Shown here piece by piece: positions 25,201 to 34,650 of a stretch of 64,000 nt of DNA; the first letter of the stretch is position 1; every line of letters begins with the position of its first letter. The DNA comes from Lama guanicoe. Taxonomy: Eukaryota. The position numbers and the translations under genes are program-made. The notes beneath the pieces were generated by a model. It ran no database searches and was not told the DNA's origin. It was given only the letters and a program-made list of their open reading frames with translations. The stretch is from positions 558,001 to 622,000 of the forward strand of contig MU057102.1 in assembly GCA_013239625.1 (NCBI GenBank), read 5' to 3'.

Positions 25201-27294
25201 CAGAGCAACGGGGCGACCAGGGCAGCCTTCCTGGTGGGGGGTAGTCATGGAAGCTGGGCTGTCAGGAACAGGCAGGTCTCCACGGTGACAGGAGGGGGGA
25301 AGTGGGGCCGTTTCTGGTCTGGCATGACGGACCCTGCTGGCCGCCAGCATGGCCTCGCTACACGGGCGCCTGGGTCTGAAGGGTCCTGGCTGTCCTGAAG
25401 TGGGTTCTGGCAGGGTCTGAGTCTCCAGGGTGCTGTTCCAGGCCTCGGTACTGGTGTCGGGGGTACGAAGCACCGCGGGGAGGCCTCTTGGGAAGGGCCT
25501 CGTGCGAGAGGCGCTCAGGACCTGGAGGATCCTTGAGTGATCGAAGGCAGCTGTTTGTCACCCCAGCCCTTGCATCAGAGCCAGACCCTAAATGCAATTG
25601 AAGCTTAAGCTTGAGGCCTGAACCCCATGGTGGGGCAGTCCTCCACCATGGCCTGTGCCTCAGTTTCCCATCCGTCTCGAAGATTAGCATATTGTGAAAC
25701 TTCTGGGCTGAGTGTCTGTCACGTCCCTCCCTCACCAGCATTGGAACCACAGTGACCCAAGTTGGGGTGGCCTTCTGTCCTCCGCCCACCACCCCTCCTG
25801 AGCTCCTGAGTGCTGGCGATTCGGGGACTGGACTGCCTTTGACAGTGACCATCCTGGTGGGGATGAGGATAGATGCCGCCAGAGGGGCAGGGGCGCCCTC
25901 ACCCAGGGGCCGCTTGGAGGGCTCTCTGGGGGAAGTGAGTGCCTTCGCACACCGAGGCCCAGACCCGCCGTCAGCCGTGGGCCCTCGGGACGCAGCCCAC
26001 CTGGCCACGGCCTATCTGGCCACGGCCTCCCCCAGGCCATGGAGGATGTTGTTATTTGCATAGCGTCCCTGAGAAGGCAGCTGGGACTAAGCAGAAGTGA
26101 TTCACTTTCATTAACTGAAGGCTAGACTGTCCGTATTTTAAACCTGAGGTTGGGTCTGGCCGTGGCTGGGCCTTTTCAGAACCATCTGACCCCATGGAGG
26201 CGCTCAGCCCTGGTGGTCCCCGCCCAGACCAGAGGGAGCTTTAGACTGAAGACAGGCATGTAGAGCCAGCGTTTACTGATTCACCTGACAAACACTCATA
26301 GGGCCCTGTTCTGAGTGGCTCCGTTGTGGGAGATGAGAACATAGCGGGGACCACTGAGGCAGAATCCCTGCCCACCCCCAGAGTTACGTTGCACAAGGGG
26401 AGACGAACCACAGATGAGATAGAGAAGTGAACCCCACGGGTGGTCCCCTGGTGGTAACGGCTAAAGCAGAGGGTGAGCTGGGAGCAGGACTAGGAGGTGC
26501 TGGGGGGGGACCCAACCAGACCTGACCTCACGGGGAGGTGACACGGGGACCCTCAGAGAGGACAGACCGGGTGGGGCAGGGCGATGGAGGAAGGCGGGCC
26601 CCAAGGGGCAGGCGTGTGGGGCACTTCCTCTGCCAGGGTTGTTTTCGGGGTGGCTGGGGCCATTTCCTAGACAAGGGGACTGAGGCGCAGGGAGGCGCAG
26701 GGAGGAGGGCTGGCCTGCTTTTCCCGCCCTGGCTCTGGCAAGTTGGGGCTGGCCCAGCCCTGACTCTGGGCTCTGTACAGACCACTGTGCCGATGTGAGT
26801 GTGGGCACAGCCACACACCTGCAAGACACCCTATGCCTAGAGGTCTGGGGGCGATGGTGAAGTACCGAGCATCCATGCTGAGCGAGCGCTTCCCCGATGC
26901 TGTCCATCGGCCTGGTGGAGACCTGGGTGGGCTCCCCGCGGCCGGTGTCCCGGCGCCCCGCGTGCTCACTCTCATGGCCTCAGCCGCAGCAATCAGCTCA
27001 ACTACCCGCTCCCCCAGCTTTCTAATCGAAAAGGAATTTGATGAGGGAAATGATAAGCAAACAGCAGCCGAGAGTGGTTAAGACGCTCACTTGGGGAAAA
27101 TAAATCAGCCGCATCAGATCTAGGAATTTCAATGCATCTTAGGAGGAAGATATGCAAAAAGAAAACAGTGAAACATATTTTAAGGGGCAGGCTAGAGATG
27201 CAGAAAGACACGCTCAGTGGGAGCAGGAGGTTTTAAAATCTCCCCCTCCTTGACCCGGCCCTTCTCATATGTTGTCAGCAGTCCTGCTGAGGAT

Positions 27295-27565
27295 GCATTT
27301 AGGAATGGGAAACTGAGGCCCAGGCCGCAGAGTGGTGGAGTCAGGACTTGAACTCCAGCCTCTTGGGTGCAGAGGATGTGGGATCAGGAACACAGGGCCT
27401 AGAACCTGCTTCTGCCTGGGCTGGACTCCTGGCTCCATTGCCTACTGGCTGTGTGACCTTGGGCCAATTATTGAAACTCTCTGTTCTTTGTTTCTGCCTC
27501 TGTAAATTGGGTGATAATGGTGCCTCCCTCAAGGTGGTTCTGAGGGTGAGAAGTGAAGCCAGGCC
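27295..27565. mobile_element. Two adjacent MIR fragments in opposite orientation
   Basis: gggaaactgaggcccagg...ggagtcaggacttgaactccagcc (-), then ctggctccattgcctactggctgtgtgaccttgggccaattattgaaactctctg...tgtaaattgggtgataatg (+). Confidence 0.75.
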
Positions 27566-28706
27566 GAGCTCTCTCGGGGCTATGCCCCCTAGGGTCACAT
27601 AGGAAGCCCTTGGTAGGTGAGACCAACATGCACAGTGCATTGGCTGGGCCCATGTGCAGTGGTAGCTCTGAAGTGGGTTGGTGAGGGCAGAAGGTTCCCA
27701 GGCCTGGGAGTGGGGTAGGCAGAGAGAAGGGGCATGTGGAGACCCCTCCGTGATCACCTGCCGCAGGTGGATCTGGGCGGGGGGAAGGCGGATGGGATAG
27801 CGTCTCAGCTCTGCATGGATGGGTCACCTGTGAGACGTGGTGCTCACCCTACCTGGCCTCGCACAGGCTGACCATGTATGACCAGTGACGTCCCAGGAAG
27901 CTGTGAGCTGTCACACAACTGTCAGGTGTTTCCCCAGACAGGCCAGACGAGGGGCCGCAGCTCCATCCAGCCCCAGAGAGGGCGCACGCTGGCAGGCTGA
28001 CAGCCTCTGTGGCTATTCCCAAAGACGTGGTTTGTGCCCAGTCCAACAGTTTGCATATCTGTCGATCACAAGCCATCCGTGTTTTGGAATCTGACACCAG
28101 CTGCCTCTCGTGCTCATGTCCAGGCCCTCAGGTGGGTGGTCAACACGACCACCAGCCCTCATCTTGGACAGGGCTGACTGGTGGGCCCAGGCCCAGCCAC
28201 CAGGCGCCCTCACTGAGGAGTCTCAGGCCAAGCGTACCCGTCTTCCTGGGGCAATGGCCCAGGATAGTTGCCTAAGAGCTCAGGTGTGGCCTCGCAGAAA
28301 AGAGCACCCACACAGGTCCCTTTTAACCCAGACCTGGGCACTTCTCTTGTTCCAGACAAATTCATCTGAAGGCGACCGCTGGGCTGAAACACTCCTGTGT
28401 ACATCCCACAAATGTTTCAGCACCTACTGTGCGCCATGGCGCCCTGTGCTGGCACGAGGCTCAGCAGGGTTCACACCCCATGGCCATCCCCAAGGGGGTC
28501 ACGGTGTGCTGCAGAGGCCGATGATAACACTGTGGCATGAGAGGGAACCACAGCGGGTGCCTAAACCAGGCCCAGAGCCTCAGGAAAGCTTCCTGGAGGA
28601 GGGGACTCTTGGGCGAGGCCAGAAAGAGGAGGTGCCGCCACAGCTTGTGGACCAGGACCTCGTGAGAATGAAAACACAGCAAATGCCATTTGGGGAAAGC
28701 TTGCCA

Positions 28707-28712
28707 TTTATT
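28707..28712 (-). terminator. Candidate PSAPL1 polyadenylation signal AATAAA
   Basis: First canonical AATAAA I found on the - strand downstream of the stop codon (~0.94 kb), in an L2/MIR-tail-like context (gcaggtactgAATAAAtggc). Confidence 0.3.
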
Positions 28713-29651
28713 CAGTACCTGCACAGCCAGATTTTTCTGGGGACCCCTGTGCTGGGTTCTGTTGGTCCCAGCAGATTGATGGATGCTGGTCTTTTTGGAG
28801 GGGAAGAAGCTTGAGGACACCTCCTCAAATAGTCTGTCTCAGCGTCCCCAAGAGACAGGTGTGATCACCCCCATTCTACAGATCAGAAAACCGAGGCTCC
28901 GACAGGTGGAGGGGTCTGCTTGTCACTGCCTGGCCGCGGTTGCCTGTGCTGCTCCGTGGCCCAGAAGCCACCCCCGACACCCCGGGCTGGCCCTGTGGGC
29001 TCTTTGCCAACACATTTCCCTCTCCTTACTTGGAGCACAGCCCAGGCTTCCCATCTGGGCAGGAGTCTGGGGTACAGGGAGAGAGCCCTGCAGCGGGCAG
29101 AGGCATCGGGAGGACTGCTCTGAGCCCAAGAACCCCACGCAGCATGTGGTCAAGGCCCCAGCCTCCTGCCCACGAAGGTCCACAGACACGCCTCATATGC
29201 ACTTTTGAGGCCACCCTCAGGGCCCCAAGTTGAGCAGCTCTGGCTTGACGGTGGCTGTGGATGAGACCTAGCCATCCCCACCCCAGCTGTTTGACAAGAA
29301 GGATGGGCCGCTACCTGCCCTCTGCCCCTTCCACCGCTCACCCCAGCCAGGACCCCCTTAGCCAGGTGAAGAAGGGGCACCAGAGGCCACTGCCAGGCCC
29401 CCCACACTGTCCACACCAGCACAGTGATGGAGAGGGGGCTGTTGGCCGGGGGTGGGGGTGGCGCAATCCAAACGTTCAGTCCATCAGAGGCACATGCAAG
29501 GGCAGAGCCAGGGGCCAGGGTCAAGACAGAGCCCTGCTGCTTTGAGCCTCCCTGCTTGGAGCCTCAGTTTCTCATCTGTGGAATGGGGATGGGGACAGCT
29601 CCCCCTCGTGGGGCCCCTGCGGGATTCAGGGAGATGAGGGCCTCCCCGGGG

Positions 29652-31244
29652 TCACTGGCTGGCATTGGGTCTCGGCACGCCGGGGTCACGCGTGTTGCCG
29701 GCGTAGAAGGGCTTCTCTTTCCACATGTGGCGCTGGCAGTGCTCCACGGCGCCACACATCTCGGCCGCCTCTGGGCTCCGGCACCAGAAGCTGGGGCCCA
29801 AGACGCACTGGTCGGTGCCCAGCAGCACGGTCCTGGGGACGTGGCAGGCGCCCATCTTCATGCACAGGGTCTCAGGGTCCATCACTTCCATGAGGGTCTG
29901 GACGAGCACAGGATGGTACTCGGTCACGAAGCGGTTGCACTGCATCACATAGGGCAGCGGCAGGATGCTGCAGCCGCCCTTGAAGGCCCTCAGAATGCCG
30001 GACACCGTGCTCTTACGCTCCAGGTTGCGGGCAGACACGCCGAGCAGCCTCTTGCATCCACTGCAGAAGCTGCCCTGGTCCTCCTTGTCCAGCAGGGGGC
30101 GCAGCGTGGTTGCCTGGGCCTTGGGGACTGACCGGACCAGCCTGCGTCTGCTGCACAGCCGGATGGCTGTGCACAGCCTTTGCGGGGTGACTGAGGCCAG
30201 GAGCTCCATCAGGGAGGGGCTGTAGGCATCCACCAAGGTGATGCACTCCCGGACTATGGGAGTGGGCAGCATTGAGCACACACGCTCCAGGGCTTGGCTG
30301 ATGAGGGTCTTGGTGCTGTTGTTTTTCAGCCACTGGTCCAGCTTCTGGACCCCTTGCAGACACAGGTCACAGGTCACGCCAGCCGTCATCTGGACCTCGC
30401 TCTTCTCCCTTGAAGATGCCAGCTCCAGGGAAGGGACCCCATCCACAGCAGCCACATGAGCCAAGCGGGCCGGTGTCTTAGGTTCCTCACAGAAGCCCCC
30501 CTTCCTGCAGATCTCATTCGGTGGGATAAACCTCAGGGTTTGCCCAGTAGAGGCAAAAATCCGGTGGATGTAGTTCTTGCAAAAAAGAGCCAGGCCCTGC
30601 CCCAGGGACTCACACTGCTCTTGTGTGGTCACCTCTGCCAAGTTGGACAGATTGGGCCCAACAGCATCCTGGAGCCGGGTGACCAGCTGGACACAATCCT
30701 GGCACTCAGGAATCTGCGATGGGTGGAAGCTGAGGGTCCCACTAGCCATGAATGGGGCCACCACCTGGGACGTGTCCTCCTCTGAGAGCGCCCCCGGAGT
30801 GGTTGGGTGCCTTTGCAGTGGCTCACAGAGGGTGAGAGCCGCACACACCTGTGCAGGGCCGCTGCTGGGGGCCCCACCGAGCAAGCTTAGAATGGCCAAG
30901 CGGTGGACGTCCACCATCTGCTTGCATTTCGTCGAGGACTCCTGGCTGGGCAGCCACTCACAGGTCTTCATCACCAAAGCTAGGACGTCATTCTCCACGG
31001 CTTCGGGGTTCAGCCCGTTGCTGGCGGCAGCCGCCACATCCAGGCACACATCACAGGGCAGGGACTTGGTGGCGGGCTGGCTCCAGATGGTGCTACGGCA
31101 GTGCTCCACGGCCCTGCACCTCGTTGCTGCCTGCAGGTCCTGGCACCACACCGCTGAGCCCTTTGCACACTCTTCGGGGCCAGAGACGGGGCCGGCCAGG
31201 GCAGCGCCCAGGACCCCGGGCAGGAGAAGCAGCGCACAGAGCAT
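29652..31244 (-). CDS. PSAPL1: Prosaposin-like 1 (proactivator polypeptide-like 1), single-exon CDS, 530 aa
   Basis: Starts MLCALLLLPGVLGAALA (signal peptide), then saposin A-type domain (GPEECAKGSAVWCQD...), four saposin B-type domains (CDVC, CQDC, CDLC, CSGC, each with all six Cys), and a C-terminal A-type domain (LLGTDQCVLGPSFWC...). No introns or internal stops. The ORF track starts 50 codons earlier (31394), but the ATG at 31244 gives the known N-terminus. Confidence 0.97.
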   Translation of the reverse strand: MLCALLLLPGVLGAALAGPVSGPEECAKGSAVWCQDLQAATRCRAVEHCRSTIWSQPATKSLPCDVCLDVAAAASNGLNPEAVENDVLALVMKTCEWLPSQESSTKCKQMVDVHRLAILSLLGGAPSSGPAQVCAALTLCEPLQRHPTTPGALSEEDTSQVVAPFMASGTLSFHPSQIPECQDCVQLVTRLQDAVGPNLSNLAEVTTQEQCESLGQGLALFCKNYIHRIFASTGQTLRFIPPNEICRKGGFCEEPKTPARLAHVAAVDGVPSLELASSREKSEVQMTAGVTCDLCLQGVQKLDQWLKNNSTKTLISQALERVCSMLPTPIVRECITLVDAYSPSLMELLASVTPQRLCTAIRLCSRRRLVRSVPKAQATTLRPLLDKEDQGSFCSGCKRLLGVSARNLERKSTVSGILRAFKGGCSILPLPYVMQCNRFVTEYHPVLVQTLMEVMDPETLCMKMGACHVPRTVLLGTDQCVLGPSFWCRSPEAAEMCGAVEHCQRHMWKEKPFYAGNTRDPGVPRPNASQ

Positions 31245-31289
31245 GCTGCGTGGTCGCTCGGCCGGATCCACTGTGCCTGTCTGCCCGGC

Positions 31290-31440
31290 TGGCGCTATAA
31301 ACCCAGCCGTCCCGCCTGGCGCCTGAGCAGCTGCACGGGGTGGCCCCGCCCTCCTGGCACCTCCGCAGCCTGACTCATCACCCTGGTTCCCCATAGCCTG
31401 GTGTGGGTCACTTCTACCTGGAAAACCGTTTTCCCATCTT
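31290..31440 (-). promoter_or_regulatory. Putative PSAPL1 proximal promoter
   Basis: TATA-like TTTATA on the - strand (31296-31301) about 55 bp upstream of the ATG, GC boxes (31311-31316, CCCCGCCC 31344-31351), E-box CAGCTG 31328-31333, AP-1 TGACTCA 31371-31377, palindrome GGAAAAC-C-GTTTTCC 31420-31434. Motifs seen directly; function inferred from position. Confidence 0.6.
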
Positions 31441-32844
31441 CCTGGGGAAACTCATCCATCTTTCAACGCCCAGCTCAAAGACCCCTTTCTTGGGAGCCCA
31501 CCTGCCTCCTTCCTGGGCAGCGGCAGCTTCCCCAGGGCTCACTGTCCTGTCCTGACTTGCTCTCCTGGGTGGGTCCCCTCCTAGAATATGAGACTCTTGG
31601 AGGGGACTTTGAGTCTCTGAGGGGTACAAAAGGCATTCTGTCCTTTTCATGCCAGAAGATTAAGTGACTTTAACGACTGGTAACCACTGAAGCTGCTATT
31701 TTCTGTACTCGGCCTTGAAGTGGCCTGCCTGGCCGGCCCTGTTCCTGGCCCTGGCACTCGCCAGCGGTGCTGTGCGGGGCACCTTTGTGTCTTCATCTGT
31801 GATGGGAGCGCCTCCCCGGACAGCCACATGTGGGAAAGCCGGCAGAAAACCGGGTCCTGGGCCCAGTCAGCTTCTTCCTTCAGGAACCGTGGCCGACGGC
31901 GGGCTGGTCCACCGTCGATAGAAAGATTGTTTCATTCCCGTGTCACTTGTTATCTCATTATTTTTCTTCCTTAGTCTTTAAAACAATTATCAGGCGGGAG
32001 AATCAGCACTGGGCAGATACACACAGGTGTCCTGAGTTGGATCCTGTTTGTGAGATGGAGAGTTCCGGAGCCAGCCTCACCTGTGGCCTGATTTCCACGC
32101 GGCTCAGCATGCCTGCTGAGCTCCCCAGGGTGGGCAGGTCAGGAGCCCAAGGGTGTGAGCCCCTTGCATGGTGCCCCCTCTCAGATTCTGGGGCTCTGAG
32201 TGTCCAGCGGGGCCACTGCACCCCCAGGTATGTGGGTCAGGCCCTGGGCCCCAGATTGTAGCAGCCTCGGTGGAGAAACAAGACTAGGCTGTTCTGTCCG
32301 CCTTTGGGGTCGTGGGCTGGGCTGGGAAGAGCACATGGAAAACGGGATGTGCTGAGCTCTTCACACCACCCCCGGGACTGTGGTTCCTTTGGACCAGAGG
32401 AGGGACAGCCTTAGGGATGAGGTGACCCTGGGCACTCAGGTGCGGGGATGGCAGCTGGCTGCTCCTGGGCGCAGAGGTGGAGCTGGGGGCGTGGGTGCCT
32501 GGGGAAGGCAGGGCTTGGTTCCTTTCGACACCCTCTTCGTGCACTTGCTTTTCACTCAGCACATTGCCCGAAATTCCAGAGCACCCACTCTCATCCTACG
32601 AGGACTGCGGGCACAGGGCTGAGCGAGCAGGAGGCCCTGCCCGAGGCTTGGGCAGGCCTGTGGCAGGCCCCCGCCGGGCGGCCCGGCCCCCCGCTCGGCC
32701 CTCAGGACTGCTGCCTTGGTCCTCTCCCCGCGACGCCGCCTGCCCCGGGGGCCCGGGGCGCTCTCCCTGCTGATGAGACATTGAACTGTTTTTTTTTTTT
32801 TATAAGAAGTATATAAGAGACTTCTCTCTGGGACTTTCTAATTT

Positions 32845-34650
32845 TTTAATTTTTATTAAAATATTTCATGTAAGCAGGAAAGAGCACAGATTGTAAGTGC
32901 TCAGCTCAGTGAAGATTCACAAACTGAGACAACACCCAGATCCAGACAGAACAGCTGACAATTCTGGGCAGTGCCCCCACCCCTCGCCCCGCGCACCTGC
33001 CAGCCGCCCCTGNNNNNNNNNNNNNNNNNNNNNNNNNNNNNNNNNNNNNNNNNNNNNNNNNNNNNNNNNNNNNNNNNNNNNNNNNNNNNNNNNNNNNNNN
33101 NNNNNNNNNNNNNNNNNNNNNNNNNNNNNNNNNNNNNNNNNNNNNNNNNNNNNNNNNNNNNNNNNNNNNNNNNNNNNNNNNNNNNNNNNNNNNNNNNNNN
33201 NNNNNNNNNNNNNNNNNNNNNNNNNNNNNNNNNNNNCCCCTGCCCCGCCCCAACCCGCTGCCCCAATCAGACTATTTTGGCTTCTTAGGTGCAATATTGT
33301 GCCTATGAGATTCGTCTGCGCTGCTTCATTCTCATTTCTGTGTGGAATCCATCAGATGAATTCATTATTTACCTCTCCTACCCGCTGTGGTCATTTGAGT
33401 CACGTCTGGGTTGGGGCTAGCGTGGGTGACGCTGCTCTAAACATTTCTATGCATGTCTAGCAACGCACGCGTCTCCCCATCTCTGCTGGGTTTTCTCGGG
33501 GAGCAGAATTGTGGGGGTCAGCATGCAGGTGTCCAGTAGACACTGACAGACGGCTTTCCACAGCGGGTGTGCCCGTCCCCCACAGCCCGATGAGCTGGCC
33601 TGTGTTTCTGGCATGTGTCCACCATTCTTGGGGCGCTTCTGCACTTAATGGCACAAGACTTGTTCCGGTCTCGTCTGCTGCTTTCCTCGGACCAGCCATG
33701 GAGTCAGCCTGCTCGCCAAGGGCAGTGGTATTTAGAAACCAAGACCCAGACGCTAGGTGTGCTCATTGTTACTGTGGTGTCATTACATCTAGGCCGTCTC
33801 GGTGAACAGAGCAGCGAACACCTTACCTCTTACTGACAGGGGTAAAGGAAGAGAGAGGGAGAGAGGCTGTGTTCACACAGAAGTAGAGAAGTAGACACTA
33901 AACAGATGTAGAAACAGATCTGCACATACATGTGGACACACGTGCATGTAGCACAGCAACCGTCTGCCATATGTCTTCATAAGACTGTGAGTTCACTTTG
34001 ATCATTAGATAATGGCAGCTTAGGCAACAGTCTAGTTTTCTCCTTTTCCGTATTTTTAATTCCCTTGCCCAACAGTGAGGAGCTTGGCTCCCATTAACCT
34101 TAACATACTCACTCATTTGCTGAACCCTAAAATATAAAAATGTAGTTTCAGAAAATCTAACACCTGCCACTGTGAAAAGTAAAACCTACTAACTAGACTT
34201 CTGCATTTGTATACATTTGTCTTTATCCTACTGATAAAATTTACGTGTAGCAAAATGGACACCTTATAACTGCGCAATGCAGTGTTTTCTGACAAATACA
34301 CCCGTAGAGAGGCAGAAGGCTCCTGTGCCCTGTCCCCATCACCCCTCAGCCAGAGTGAGTGCTTGTCTGGTCTTCCTCACTGTAGATCAGTCTCACCTGT
34401 TTCTGAGCAGGCAGCAGTGGAATCGGTGCTGGGCTCTCCCAGGGTCTGCTGCTTTCACTGTCCTTCCGAGAGCCAGCCCTGCCATCCCCGCAGCTCCCGG
34501 CACCTCGCCGCTGGGCAGAGTCCCCTGTGCCATCTGCCGCAGTCTCCTTATCACTGTGGCTGGCATCGGGCACTTCCAGTCTGGAGTCGTTTGAGCGCTA
34601 ATTGCTGCTCTGTACATTCTTGGGACAGAGTGGGCGTCTCTGTTGGGTGG
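32845..34650 (-). mobile_element. Ancient L1M (L1MC/MB-like) fragments spanning an N-gap
   Basis: gaaagagcacagattgtaagtgctcagctcagtgaagattcacaaactga; tctaaacatttctatgcatgtc; ataaaatttacgtgtagcaaaatggacacc. Confidence 0.65.
33013..33236. other. Assembly gap (224 N) flanked by C-rich, GC-rich sequence
   Basis: Run of N. Confidence 1.

Noticed and set aside
29424-31326. + strand ORFs of 235 and 249 aa overlapping PSAPL1
   Set aside because: Antisense shadows of a GC-rich CDS with no independent protein features.
31245-31394. 50-aa N-terminal extension in the 580-aa ORF call
   Set aside because: It precedes the signal peptide, spans the promoter motifs and has no recognisable homology; the ATG at 31244 gives the known N-terminus.
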